DNA of 64,000 nt from Candidatus Lloydbacteria bacterium. Its GTDB lineage: Bacteria; Patescibacteriota; Minisyncoccia; Phycocordibacterales; UBA6899. Under the pieces are notes generated by a model. It was not told where the DNA came from, made no database searches, and worked only from the letters and a program-made list of their open reading frames with translations. A program made the translations under genes and the position numbers. Shown piece after piece: positions 28,093 to 38,239 of the stretch (position 1 is its first letter; each line of letters opens with the position of its first letter). The stretch is from contig JAYSTI010000001.1 of the NCBI GenBank assembly GCA_043719805.1, forward strand, positions 4,161 through 68,160, read 5' to 3'.

Positions 28093-29307
28093 TTATTTAG
28101 CGAATAATGCCCTCGCCTTCTTCACTCCTTCGACAAGGGAATCGACGTCTTTCTTTGTGTTGTAGAGATGAAAACTCGCACGCGTGGTGGAGGAAATACC
28201 AAGTGCAGTATGGAGCGGAATGGCACAGTGGTGACCAGGGCGGACGGCAACGCTATCACGTGCAAGGATTTCGGCAATATCATGAGGGTGGGCAAAATCA
28301 CACGCAAAACTCACAATACCAATATTCCTCGCTCCACGGCGCTCGGCGACAATGCGAACACCCGGGACTCTTTCGAGCTCCTCTACCGCGTAATGCACGA
28401 GCTCCACGTTGTGCGCATGGATACTCTCAATCCCAACGCTGCTGATATAGTCGACTGCTGCACCAAGGCCAATGGCGCCTGATATATTCTTTGTTCCCGC
28501 CTCGAATCGCGACGGAATCTCTGCCCACTCAGCAGTTTTTTCTCCCACATCCGCTATCATGTGGCCACCGAATATCGATGGTGAAAGTTTTTCGAGTAAT
28601 GCATATTTTGCCCAAAGTATTCCTATCCCCGTCGGCGCGAACATTTTGTGTCCGGAAAAATAGAGCGCATCGCAACCAAGCGCCTTCACGTCAACGGGAA
28701 TATGTCCCATCGCAGCAGTCGCATCAACGACCATTATCGCCCCATGCTGATGGGCAATCTTCGCCAGGCGCTGAATGTCATTTACTGCCCCCGTCACATT
28801 TGATGCAAGCACGACAGACACAAGTGCAGTTTTCTCAGTTATTATTTGTTCCGCTTTTTCATAGTTAAGCGCGAGGCCTTTCATCGGAATGACGGAAAGC
28901 GGTATTGATTTACGAAATGCGAATTGCTGAAGCGGGACAAGCGATGCATGATGTTCCATGATTGAGGTAACTATCTCCTTTTGCTCTTCGGTGTGGCATG
29001 CCGATTCTTCAATCATGCGCGTCAACATATTGGATGACTCCGTGGCTCCGGAAGTAAAAATAACCTCTTTGGGGTCGGCGCCGATAAAGGCCGCAACTTT
29101 TTTTCGTGCGTTTTCATACAATTCAGTTGCCTTCATTGCTTCTTTAAACATACCCTGATGAACATTCGCGCGTGCGTTGGTGTAGTAGTCAATCTCAGCG
29201 TCGAGAACCGACCGTGGGGTAAGCGAGGTTGCCGCTGAGTCGAGGTAGTGAGTATCTTCACCTCCGATTTGCGAGAAATCTTTGCGAATGTTCATTGCGT
29301 CTATCAT
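28093..29307 (-). CDS. sufS: cysteine desulfurase SufS
   Basis: PLP-lysine motif FSGHKM and the class V aminotransferase pattern. Confidence 0.85.
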   Translation of the reverse strand: MIDAMNIRKDFSQIGGEDTHYLDSAATSLTPRSVLDAEIDYYTNARANVHQGMFKEAMKATELYENARKKVAAFIGADPKEVIFTSGATESSNMLTRMIEESACHTEEQKEIVTSIMEHHASLVPLQQFAFRKSIPLSVIPMKGLALNYEKAEQIITEKTALVSVVLASNVTGAVNDIQRLAKIAHQHGAIMVVDATAAMGHIPVDVKALGCDALYFSGHKMFAPTGIGILWAKYALLEKLSPSIFGGHMIADVGEKTAEWAEIPSRFEAGTKNISGAIGLGAAVDYISSVGIESIHAHNVELVHYAVEELERVPGVRIVAERRGARNIGIVSFACDFAHPHDIAEILARDSVAVRPGHHCAIPLHTALGISSTTRASFHLYNTKKDVDSLVEGVKKARALFAK

Positions 29308-30509
29308 GCTGGATGTCTGTCCAAAGGCGGCCTTTGGAGTTCGTTGATACTACTAATTGCATTCATTATATCCGCGTTCTCTTCCCCCGAAAAGACGTGC
29401 GCAAAATGTCCTTCGAAAAAGAGCGTCCTGCTTTCCTCATCAGATAGTCCGCGTAGTTTCGGGTAAAACATATCCCCTTCGCGTACGTGTGATATCGAGA
29501 GCTTATGCGCACACGAAACGTCGTTTGATGCCACATCAAGTGACGGTATCGCATCAATCTTTGCACCGGGGGTGAGTACGAGAAACTTCGCTTCCTGCGC
29601 ACCAACAACCTTGTGCACACCGTCTTTCATCACAACAAGTCCGCGGTACAGTATCTTCGACTTATCCTTCCCTGTTCCTGCGGTAAAAATATCCGAATGG
29701 GTATCGTCGGCCAAGTGTTCCGCGCTGACATCCACATCAAATTCGGCGTGATTGCTCGCGACCAATGCCTGGAGCACTTTCACTTTCGCACTGCTTCCGA
29801 TAAGTAAATTGTGTGTGATTGACGACACGAGCGCGTCTCCCGCGAGCAGTTCGCGCCAGACAAGGCCCGAATTTCCGGCTACTATTCCGCGCGACGAATG
29901 CATTACCATCTCCCCCGTGGAGAGAACGTCGCGCTGCGTAATGCGTGTGACGGTATCCTGCTCGGTTACGACGATGAGTGTTCGCGAATGTACAGACCCC
30001 AGAGCCCCACCACTCACGTTGGACGTAAATTCAAATTTCGCTCCCTCTTTCACGATAACCACAATGACATCAGAAGAAGAGCCCTTGGGAATCATCGTAT
30101 CAAGCGTCAGTTTTTCGGTGATGAACGTCCCGTCGTCCGCCATGTTGGGTTGCACATACACGACGAGTCCTGAAGAAAAGAGTGCGTTCCCGGTTGCGCG
30201 GAAAAAATCTTTCGGTGCAGGAAAAAAATCACTCTCAAGCAGTCCCCTCAATAGCGGTTCAATCTCCTCCTGAGTTACCGCCTCGCCCCATGTATATATT
30301 TCAAGACCCTTTGTCGTATCCACGTGATATTCTGCGACTCCCACAAAATCAGGTTCGGTTTCGGGAAAAAGCGCAGAGATACCAATGCCGTGCTTGATGG
30401 CCTTCGGAAGTGTCGAGGCATGCGCCATCTGCTTTTCCCGCCAGCCCAAAAGCCACTCGGGTTCTTTGAGTGTTTTGCTAATCTCTTTTATCTGCGTGAT
30501 ATTTGACAA
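29304..30509 (-). CDS. sufD: Fe-S cluster assembly protein SufD
   Basis: SufB/SufD beta-helix family. The N-terminal EPEWLLGWREKQ resembles SufD. Confidence 0.7.
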   Translation of the reverse strand: MSNITQIKEISKTLKEPEWLLGWREKQMAHASTLPKAIKHGIGISALFPETEPDFVGVAEYHVDTTKGLEIYTWGEAVTQEEIEPLLRGLLESDFFPAPKDFFRATGNALFSSGLVVYVQPNMADDGTFITEKLTLDTMIPKGSSSDVIVVIVKEGAKFEFTSNVSGGALGSVHSRTLIVVTEQDTVTRITQRDVLSTGEMVMHSSRGIVAGNSGLVWRELLAGDALVSSITHNLLIGSSAKVKVLQALVASNHAEFDVDVSAEHLADDTHSDIFTAGTGKDKSKILYRGLVVMKDGVHKVVGAQEAKFLVLTPGAKIDAIPSLDVASNDVSCAHKLSISHVREGDMFYPKLRGLSDEESRTLFFEGHFAHVFSGEENADIMNAISSINELQRPPLDRHPA

Positions 30510-30548
30510 GATTTTTAGAGTATATTGTAATTTCTTGTTCGCGTAAAC

Positions 30549-30577
30549 TTGACAATATTAAAAAAAATGGAGATAAT
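30549..30577 (+). promoter_or_regulatory. sigma70-like promoter TTGACA-N17-GATAAT in the sufD/sufB gap, amid palindromes
   Basis: TTGACA at 30549-30554 and GATAAT at 30572-30577. Nearby are the palindromes TATATTGT..ACAATATT and GGGAATTTTCCC (30585-30596). Confidence 0.4.
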
Positions 30578-30613
30578 TACAATAGGGAATTTTCCCAATT
30601 CGCGAAGTGAATC

Positions 30614-30775
30614 ATGGAATTCGGTCGTGGACTTCAACTCATCAGCTCGTTGACGATTGGTGCATTGGTCGGAGGTGCGGTGACGTACCTCTCGAACAAT
30701 GTTGCCGGATTCATCATCGGCATCTGCGTGGTCTTCCTCACAGTGCGCATCCATCGGCGGGTCACCGAAGGATGA
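30614..30775 (+). CDS. putative 53-aa small membrane protein
   Basis: MEFGRGLQLISSLTIGALVGGAVTYLSNNVAGFIIGICVVFLTVRIHRRVTEG has two hydrophobic helices. It lies downstream of the promoter above and is not in the ORF track because it is below the length cutoff. Confidence 0.3.
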   Translation: MEFGRGLQLISSLTIGALVGGAVTYLSNNVAGFIIGICVVFLTVRIHRRVTEG

Positions 30776-30841
30776 GCCACCAAGATCCAAGCCGGCGTTT
30801 ACGCCGGCTTCTTCACGCATATTTTCATTCGCGCAGAATCT

Positions 30842-32206
30842 CTATCCCACCGAATCCTCCATCTCAAGCTCAATGAGCTTGTTCAATTCGACTGCATACT
30901 CAAGAGGTAGCGCTTTCACAATAGGCTCCATAAATCCGCCGACAATAAGGCGGAGTGCCTCCGCCTCGGAGTACCCGCGCGACTGCAAATAAAACACCTC
31001 GTCCTCTCCGATACGTCCGACGCGCGCTTCGTGGGAGAGGTCTGCAGTATCATTTTCATTCTTCATCGACGGATAGGTATTTGAAACAGAGTCACCGTCG
31101 AGGATGAGCGCGTCACACGAGACCGATGATTGTGCATCGGTTGCACCGGGCAAGATGCGTACGAGCCCGCGATAGTTGGACACTCCCCCGCCTTTCGAGA
31201 CCGACTTCGAGCGGATGACCGAAACCGTCTCAGGGGCCATGTGTATCGCCTTCGAGCCCGTGTCTTGCACCTGCCCCGAGTTCGCCATCACGATGCCGAG
31301 CGACTCCGAACGCGCACCCCGCTCTAGTAACACTGAAGACGGATAGAGCATTGTTGCACGTGAACCCATGTTACCGTTCACCCACTCGATAAGTCCCCGC
31401 TCAAACACGAGTGCTTTTTTTGTATTCAAATTATAGGTGTTCTTGGACCAATTCTCGACGCTAATATATTTTACCTTCGCATGTTTCTTCACCCATATCT
31501 CCACACAGCCGGCATGGAGCGAGCTCTCCGTGTACTGCGGCGCAGAACAACCCTCGATGTACGTTATCTCGGAGCCCTCATCGGCGATGATGAGCGTGTG
31601 TTCGAACTGCGCCGAGCGCGCTTTGTTCATGCGGAAATACGCCTGAAGCGGAAGCTCAGCGGATACACCCTTCGGCACGTAGATGAACGTTCCCCCACTC
31701 CACACTGCCGCGTGCAACATCACAAATTTGTGGTCGGTGATTGGTACGCACTTCGTCATGAAGTGCTCTTTCACCATTTCGGGATATTTCTCCAATGCAA
31801 CATCCATGTTCTCAAAGATGACGCCCTTCTTTGCAAGCGAATCCTGAATGCGGTGGTACACGATACCGGAGTCAAACTGCGCGCCAACGCCTCCAAGGTA
31901 ATCACGCTCCGCCTTGGGAATTCCCAGTTTTTCAAATGTATCGGTAATCTCCTTCGGTAATTCCTTCCAGTCATCAGTCTCCTTCACGTTTGGGTCCACG
32001 TAGTACGTCATCCCATCGAGGTCGAGGCCGGAGAGGTCGGGACCCCAATTGGGCATCGCGGCCTCACGCCAGAGTGCGAGTGCCTTAAGGCGCAACTCGA
32101 GCATCCACTCGGGTTCATTTTTCGTCGCGGAGATTTGTCGAACAAGCGCTTCCGTCGGCCCGACGTTGGCGAGCGTCTCCTTCTCCGATAAAACTTTTTT
32201 AACCAT
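30842..32206 (-). CDS. sufB: Fe-S cluster assembly protein SufB
   Basis: Length and conserved SufB blocks (..GVGAQFDSG.., ..CSAPQY..). Confidence 0.85.
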   Translation of the reverse strand: MVKKVLSEKETLANVGPTEALVRQISATKNEPEWMLELRLKALALWREAAMPNWGPDLSGLDLDGMTYYVDPNVKETDDWKELPKEITDTFEKLGIPKAERDYLGGVGAQFDSGIVYHRIQDSLAKKGVIFENMDVALEKYPEMVKEHFMTKCVPITDHKFVMLHAAVWSGGTFIYVPKGVSAELPLQAYFRMNKARSAQFEHTLIIADEGSEITYIEGCSAPQYTESSLHAGCVEIWVKKHAKVKYISVENWSKNTYNLNTKKALVFERGLIEWVNGNMGSRATMLYPSSVLLERGARSESLGIVMANSGQVQDTGSKAIHMAPETVSVIRSKSVSKGGGVSNYRGLVRILPGATDAQSSVSCDALILDGDSVSNTYPSMKNENDTADLSHEARVGRIGEDEVFYLQSRGYSEAEALRLIVGGFMEPIVKALPLEYAVELNKLIELEMEDSVG

Positions 32207-32275
32207 ATATTGCTTGACAGTATACGGATTTAATGTAATTTAGCAACAGAAGATCCCCACAGAAAAGGAAGTTCA

Positions 32276-32578
32276 ATGTCCGGTAGTCGCCCCGAACGCA
32301 AGGAAGACAGACTCGCGAGGATTCTCGCAAGCACTTTGGAGCAGCGAGGAAAAGACCTCACTGACGCGTTCTGCAGAGAGATTGCAGCAATGCCCGAAAT
32401 TGCCGAGCTCAAACGGGATTACAAGATAACCGACGTCGAGTGGTACCAATTCATTGCCACGCTCGCTGGCAAAGCACTTCACGGTGAACACGTGGAGAGC
32501 GTCGTCCACGCCTTCAACCGAACCTACGCATTCAAAGACCGACCAGTCACATCGAGGAAACGTACCATCAGGCACTGA
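32276..32578 (+). CDS. hypothetical protein
   Basis: 100-aa ORF followed by a terminator. Confidence 0.4.
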   Translation: MSGSRPERKEDRLARILASTLEQRGKDLTDAFCREIAAMPEIAELKRDYKITDVEWYQFIATLAGKALHGEHVESVVHAFNRTYAFKDRPVTSRKRTIRH

Positions 32579-32585
32579 CAACCAT

Positions 32586-32611
32586 CTCCACCAAAGGGTG
32601 GGGATTTTTTT
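32586..32611 (+). terminator. rho-independent terminator
   Basis: ctccacc..ggtgggg followed by T7. Confidence 0.5.
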
Positions 32612-32682
32612 ACATAAATTTTGCTCTCAAGAAACACCACCAATGTTTCATCAGTGGTGTTTTTCGTATCCATAAATTTGCA

Positions 32683-33024
32683 CTACGTTTTTTTTCCTTC
32701 TGATTGCGGAAACCGCATCATAAGTCTTTTCTTCAATTCACGCGCGTAAGGATCATTCATAATGGCGATTGCCGCGTTCAAGTTTCTCATCACCTTCTCA
32801 ATGTCCCCCTCAAACGGTTTGCCGCCATCCTTGCCCTCATTCTCTAATTGCTCGAGCAGCTCTTCGGCAGCCATGATGTGGCCTTCCACCTCCGTCTCTA
32901 CGGCGCGGCCTCCTTCCTCCACTTGTCCGACGAGCTGGGTATTAATAATATCAAGCTCATGCACGATGTCCCGCTGTGATTTTGGGACCTCCTCGGGAAT
33001 CGATTCACTTCTATCCTGTGTCAT
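32683..33024 (-). CDS. hypothetical acidic protein
   Basis: ORF only. Confidence 0.35.
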   Translation of the reverse strand: MTQDRSESIPEEVPKSQRDIVHELDIINTQLVGQVEEGGRAVETEVEGHIMAAEELLEQLENEGKDGGKPFEGDIEKVMRNLNAAIAIMNDPYARELKKRLMMRFPQSEGKKT

Positions 33025-33053
33025 ATTTAAGTATTCTTTCCTACTTCGCGAAT

Positions 33054-33320
33054 TTACGCAAGAGGAATCTCACCCTCGGCGGGCTGCTGATAATTTCTAC
33101 TGACGGTCTCAAGATAAAGCCCTTCCACCCTCTCTCTCGCCCAAGATGTTTTGCGCAAAAAAGTCAGACTTGATTTTATGCTTGGATTCAGCAAAAAACA
33201 TTTGATATTGATGCGTGCGCCAAGCTCCTCCCATCCGTATTCTGCCAAGAGGTACTCCAATACGACCTGAAGCGTCTTGCCGTGTAGAGGATTATTGGGA
33301 TGTTTGGATGGCTCGTACAT
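33054..33320 (-). CDS. conserved small protein (resembles VF530/DUF2132 family)
   Basis: [50 protein letters not shown]. Confidence 0.4.
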   Translation of the reverse strand: MYEPSKHPNNPLHGKTLQVVLEYLLAEYGWEELGARINIKCFLLNPSIKSSLTFLRKTSWARERVEGLYLETVSRNYQQPAEGEIPLA

Positions 33321-33377
33321 AGCGATAGTGTAGCATGCGCATTCGCTCTTTTTACTATTGCGGTATACTGCAACCTA

Positions 33378-33809
33378 ATGAATAAAAAGTCATTCTTAAA
33401 TGCGCTCCGTGATGTCTACTGTCGGCTCGGAGTCACCAAACACGGGGTTGGGGTAATCGCCGTCCGCACAATTCCAAAAGGTACCGACCCATTCAAGAAC
33501 TCCGACCCATGCGGCGATGTACTCAAAATTCCCAAAGTCGAACTCGACCGATTCGAGGCGCCCGAAGAAGCAAAGAAGATGGTACGCGATTTCTGCGCTC
33601 TTCAAGATGGCGTCTATTTTGTCCCTAATTACGGCATCGATGCCGTCACAAAATTTTATTACCTCAACCACTCAAAAACGCCCAACATGATAACTCCCGA
33701 CAAAGGAGAAACTTTCATCACCTTGCGCAGTATCAAGGCCGGCGAAGAACTCACTGCCGATTACGATGACTACCACGAAACAACGCACTTCGCTCGTGAA
33801 ATGCATTGA
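33378..33809 (+). CDS. SET-domain protein (putative lysine methyltransferase)
   Basis: GVGVIAVRTIPKG, NHSKTPN and ELTADY are core SET motifs. TATACT lies just upstream. Confidence 0.6.
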   Translation: MNKKSFLNALRDVYCRLGVTKHGVGVIAVRTIPKGTDPFKNSDPCGDVLKIPKVELDRFEAPEEAKKMVRDFCALQDGVYFVPNYGIDAVTKFYYLNHSKTPNMITPDKGETFITLRSIKAGEELTADYDDYHETTHFAREMH

Positions 33810-33844
33810 GGCAAATGATTAGTGATTCAGGAAGGCTGATTCGC

Positions 33845-34294
33845 TTAAGCAAACTGGATATTAGGATGCTTGTCGACGATGGCCTGTGCGGCACCCCCCT
33901 GCTCGAGCATGCGCAGTGACTCCACTAGTAGTGCTTGGTCACTCATTGCGCCATGGTGATACTCCGCGTCGGCGGGCTTCTCGTCGTGTCGCAATATATC
34001 GTAGATGCACCTTGGGTCTATGCCGGTCTCCGTTGTGATTGCGCCGATATCCACTCCGGATATCTCTGAAGTTATCTTGGTTTGGTCTCCCGCGGGAATT
34101 CCGGATTGATTCACGCGAGGCTTATATGGCATACTCTCTTCCGCCAAAAGTATGACCCGGTTATAATCCGTTTCGTTAATGCGGCCACCAGATGCGACAT
34201 ATCCCGCGTAAGAATACTTCGGTTCTCCCTCACCCATTGTCGGCGCCGCAACATCGAAGTCCCTTCCGACCTCCTCTTGATTTTCTGTTGTCAT
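33845..34294 (-). CDS. hypothetical protein
   Basis: ORF only. Confidence 0.35.
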   Translation of the reverse strand: MTTENQEEVGRDFDVAAPTMGEGEPKYSYAGYVASGGRINETDYNRVILLAEESMPYKPRVNQSGIPAGDQTKITSEISGVDIGAITTETGIDPRCIYDILRHDEKPADAEYHHGAMSDQALLVESLRMLEQGGAAQAIVDKHPNIQFA

Positions 34295-34445
34295 GTCGTC
34301 ATGTTACACGGAGTAACGCTTTGCACAAGGCACACACTGATTACGGCAACAAGAATCGCGTTTCTCTCTAACGCAATCAACTATGAATTGTGGACGCACT
34401 CTTCGCATTAGTTCTATAATGAGACATTATCATTATTTAAATGAA

Positions 34446-34886
34446 ATGAATAAAAAAATATTTCTCACAGGTGCAATAATGGCGGCAACGGTAATCGCAG
34501 TCCCGGCATTCGCACAGACAAACGAAGTGATTGCAAGACCGGTACCGACAGCCAAGGTCAGCTTTGAGTGTGTGCAGGCGGCAGTTGACGTGCGCGAAAC
34601 ATCCATCGGAGTGGCATTCTCCGCATTTTCAACTGCAGAAAATACGGCTCTTTCTGCGCGCAAAACAGCATTACACGATGCATGGGGAACGACGGTTGCA
34701 AAAGACCGTCGCGCCGCCCGCAATAAGGCCTGGAGTGACTATCGGACCGCAAGTCGTGCGGCTTTTACCGCAATGCGCACCGCACGCAAAGAAACCTGGG
34801 CTGCATTTAGCGCCGCATCAAAAGCCTGCAAGGTAGACGTCGTTGAGGAACCCGGACAAGAAGGCGCTGGAAGTCTGGGACTCTAA
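34446..34886 (+). CDS. secreted hypothetical protein (signal peptide, Ala-rich helical)
   Basis: MNKKIFLTGAIMAATVIAVPAFAQ is a signal peptide. Confidence 0.45.
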   Translation: MNKKIFLTGAIMAATVIAVPAFAQTNEVIARPVPTAKVSFECVQAAVDVRETSIGVAFSAFSTAENTALSARKTALHDAWGTTVAKDRRAARNKAWSDYRTASRAAFTAMRTARKETWAAFSAASKACKVDVVEEPGQEGAGSLGL

Positions 34887-35024
34887 GCCAAGCTGAATTG
34901 TATTAAATAGAACTTCAAAAACACCCGCAAGTGTGTTTTTGAAATAAAATTCTATCTGTGTTTGTACTTTTTTTGGGCAAAAAAAATCCCAACAAAAAGT
35001 TGGGGCGTGGTGCGCTGCAAATAT

Positions 35025-35474
35025 CTACTGCAGTGGTGTCGGAGGGCCACTCGTGGAAACGTCCAGACCAAGCGCACAGAGCATCGTTTTGTACATTGCG
35101 ATTTGCTCCTCTCTCGCGTGGTGGCCGAGACATAGATTGCGCGTATTGCCGAAGTCAAGAACGACGAAATACGCAAGTTCATTTGCTATCTGACCAATGG
35201 CGCGAAGGTACATCGGCTGAAACAGTACGTTTTTGATTGCCATGCAAGGCGGCGTGCACTGTTCCGTCATGATTCGCGTGAACTCGCCCCACAAGAGGTC
35301 ACATCCGGCGTCACTCGAAAAATGCTCCGTGCGCACTTTCGGGTCGGTGTTAAAGGCAAACACAACCCCAGGAACTCCGTTGGCTGTTTCCCTCTTCGCA
35401 TAAAGCAGATACGGCCCGCGCGCCAACAGCTCATCAATGAGCGTTACGTTACCAATGAAATCTTTTGCATCCAT
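35025..35474 (-). CDS. hypothetical protein
   Basis: ORF only. Confidence 0.35.
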   Translation of the reverse strand: MDAKDFIGNVTLIDELLARGPYLLYAKRETANGVPGVVFAFNTDPKVRTEHFSSDAGCDLLWGEFTRIMTEQCTPPCMAIKNVLFQPMYLRAIGQIANELAYFVVLDFGNTRNLCLGHHAREEQIAMYKTMLCALGLDVSTSGPPTPLQ

Positions 35475-35647
35475 GACAAAACCCTCTGGTCATCTTCTTG
35501 TCTCACTATCGTCGCGCGAGCCCCTATTGTCAATGACTGCGTGAATACAGAAGCAAACGAACGACAGTACGATTAATGACGCATCGACAAATTGCGTAAA
35601 ATAAGTAACATGGAAATCAGCAAGTCAGTACAACCAAGGAGTAGTGA

Positions 35648-35905
35648 ATGTTCAAGGACAGAAAGACACTCGACCGAACCGTGACGGTCACGGCACAACG
35701 AAAAGGCAATGGCGCCATTGGTGGCGGACGCAAAGGCCATAGCGGCAAGAAGGGCATCATCAAGGGGCTAGACGAATCCGGAAAGATTGTCGAGCTCGCT
35801 CGCGCAACCGGCACCACGATGAAGGACCTCTCGCGAGAACTTCGCAAGACGGGCCTCATCCCCGAGTATGTCTCCATCAACTCAAAGGGTGACACGACCT
35901 TCTGA
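35648..35905 (+). CDS. hypothetical small basic protein
   Basis: ORF followed by a terminator at about 35914-35942. Confidence 0.35.
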   Translation: MFKDRKTLDRTVTVTAQRKGNGAIGGGRKGHSGKKGIIKGLDESGKIVELARATGTTMKDLSRELRKTGLIPEYVSINSKGDTTF

Positions 35906-36006
35906 GAACACCAACCCTACGCCTCGCGCGCAGGGTTTTTTTAATATGAAAAGTTAGTTGATCAATATAAAAACTAAACCGCCAAATAATTTGGCGGCAG
36001 AGACGG

Positions 36007-36441
36007 TCATGGTATTTGCGTAATGAGCGATTGCGAGAGTCCATGCGGACTAGGTCTCCCCTGCGCATCTTTCAGAACAAAAACAATTTCTTGCACTACA
36101 CAGACTGGTGTCGTGTCTTGCGAGTCGAACACGTCGATATCAACCCGAAACGTGACGGACGTTCTCCCGATTCGGATGAGCGTACTCTTGAGTGACACCA
36201 AATCGCCAAGAAAGACCGGGCGTCGGAATTGAATGCCGCCATTGATGGCAACTGTTGCGAAGTTCGCGCTGTGAAAAATCTTTCGCGCAGCGATAGCGGC
36301 TGCTTCGTCTATCCACGCGAGCATCATCCCCCCAAAGAGCGCGCCGGCAGCATTCATGTGCTCGGGGCGAACGAGTCGTTCGGTAATACTAATCATGACT
36401 TCTCTCCCGTGTACCGTTCGTGAAAATGTATCTTTTATCAT
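36007..36441 (-). CDS. acyl-CoA thioesterase (hotdog fold, YciA-like)
   Basis: PEHMNAAGALFGGMMLAWIDEAAAIAA matches the hotdog thioesterase motif. Confidence 0.7.
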   Translation of the reverse strand: MIKDTFSRTVHGREVMISITERLVRPEHMNAAGALFGGMMLAWIDEAAAIAARKIFHSANFATVAINGGIQFRRPVFLGDLVSLKSTLIRIGRTSVTFRVDIDVFDSQDTTPVCVVQEIVFVLKDAQGRPSPHGLSQSLITQIP

Positions 36442-36516
36442 GCTCGCACGACATCACACTCTCTGCAATTCAACGTCTTCCTTGTGATCGCCTTTTTCCA
36501 CGAGTACACTGATGAC

Positions 36517-37629
36517 ATGAATGCAAAAGCGGCAAAGGGGCGACAGTACTACATCGGCATCATGTCAGGCACAAGCCTCGACGGAGCCGACGCGATACTT
36601 GCTGATTTAAGCAACGTACCAATCACCGTGCGCGCAACAAGTTTTGTGCCGTTCGACAAGCGGCTTCGCGATACACTACTCACACTCCACAAAGACGAGA
36701 AAGGCGCACTCCGGCTGGCGGCTACCGTCGCGAACAAGTTAGTACGTCTGTACGCAAAGAGTGTTGCAATAGTGCTCGCAAATGCGGGTCTTCAGCCGAA
36801 AGATATTATCGCCATCGGATGCCACGGACAAACGATACTCCATCGCCCCGACCTCGGATGGACACTGCAACTTAATAATCCTTCCCTTCTTGCCGAGCTC
36901 TCCGGCATTACCGTTGTTTCCGATTTTCGCAGTCGCGACGTCGCCGCAGGCGGGCAAGGCGCGCCGCTTGTACCCGCTTTTCATGACGCGATATTTCGTC
37001 ATCCGACATCTCACCGCGTTATTTTAAACATCGGCGGCATTGCGAACATCACCAACCTAAAGCCGGGCAAAGCAACGATTGGTTTTGATACAGGGCCCGG
37101 CAACATGCTCATGGATGACTGGATATACAAGCAGAAAAAAATCGCATTTGATAAAGACGGCACATGGGCAGCCGGAGGAGTGGTCATCCCGAAACTACTG
37201 AAACAGCTTCTCGCCGACTCCTATTTTAGAGTGAAACCTCCAAAATCTAGCGGGCGCGATCTTTTCAACGCGCAATGGTACAAGCGATATTTAAAACCGG
37301 AATTCAATAATCGTGACGTACAAGCGACACTCCTAGAGCTCACCTGCATCACTATCGCTGAGGCAATCACCCAATATTGTCGCGGAGCAAAGGAGCTTTA
37401 CCTTTGTGGAGGCGGGGCGCTGAACACCGCACTTCGCTGCCGGCTCGCCGGACTCATTCCGGGTGTACGCATCGCAAAGAGCACCGAATTGGGAGTTGGC
37501 ACACAAGACGTTGAAGCACTCGCATTCGCCTGGCTCGCACAACAAACAATTCTTGGACGTCCGGGGAATCTTCCCGAGGTCAGCGGTGCACGAGGAAAAA
37601 GAATTCTCGGCGGAATCTATCAAAAGTAG
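36517..37629 (+). CDS. anmK: anhydro-N-acetylmuramic acid kinase
   Basis: YYIGIMSGTSLDGADAIL is the AnmK N-terminal signature. Start set at the internal ATG at 36517. Confidence 0.8.
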   Translation: MNAKAAKGRQYYIGIMSGTSLDGADAILADLSNVPITVRATSFVPFDKRLRDTLLTLHKDEKGALRLAATVANKLVRLYAKSVAIVLANAGLQPKDIIAIGCHGQTILHRPDLGWTLQLNNPSLLAELSGITVVSDFRSRDVAAGGQGAPLVPAFHDAIFRHPTSHRVILNIGGIANITNLKPGKATIGFDTGPGNMLMDDWIYKQKKIAFDKDGTWAAGGVVIPKLLKQLLADSYFRVKPPKSSGRDLFNAQWYKRYLKPEFNNRDVQATLLELTCITIAEAITQYCRGAKELYLCGGGALNTALRCRLAGLIPGVRIAKSTELGVGTQDVEALAFAWLAQQTILGRPGNLPEVSGARGKRILGGIYQK

Positions 37630-37688
37630 GAAAACAAAAACATCGCACCATGATGGTGCGATGTTTTTGAAAGTGACTTAGCGAGTAT

Positions 37689-38069
37689 TTATTTGCGTGT
37701 ATCTTCAAATGTCTTGAGCATTGCATCCGCCTTGTCTGCGCCTTCTATGTCTCCGGCTAATCGTAATTGAATGCTTTTTTCGAGAAGATGCACTCTCATT
37801 TTATTATCCTTTTCCTCCCGCGTCTCTTTTGGGGCGACCACTTCGGGGGCAGTAGGTCCATTGTCCATGACTGTATTGATGATCCGATCGGCTGCGGACT
37901 GTTCGAATCTTCCCTCTTTCACGCGTGCATCCGCCAACGTCGGGTCCTCAAGCGACAGCTCGAGTCCTTCGCTTAGGCGCGCAGCCTCGGCTGCCTGCTC
38001 TTCGCTTACTTGTTCACCCCCCTGCCAACCATACTCCCCACCTCTCGCCTCACCGGATGCTGTTGCCAT
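37689..38069 (-). CDS. hypothetical protein
   Basis: ORF only. Confidence 0.35.
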   Translation of the reverse strand: MATASGEARGGEYGWQGGEQVSEEQAAEAARLSEGLELSLEDPTLADARVKEGRFEQSAADRIINTVMDNGPTAPEVVAPKETREEKDNKMRVHLLEKSIQLRLAGDIEGADKADAMLKTFEDTRK

Positions 38070-38239
38070 GTGCTTGAATATTAATAATTAAATATTTTTG
38101 TTATTAAGTAATGATACAATACTCTTCATTACTATGCGTCTATTATAGCGCAAATCTGACTACTTGTCAACGTCCACTCGAGTAGCCTTCAGAGCGCAAT
38201 TTGCCATCGCCTCAACAAATTTCCTGATATACTTGGCTA

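Noticed and set aside
30515-30820. 101-aa minus ORF in the sufB-sufD gap
   Set aside because: Acidic low-complexity translation with no start context. The plus-strand small membrane ORF and the promoter features explain the region better.
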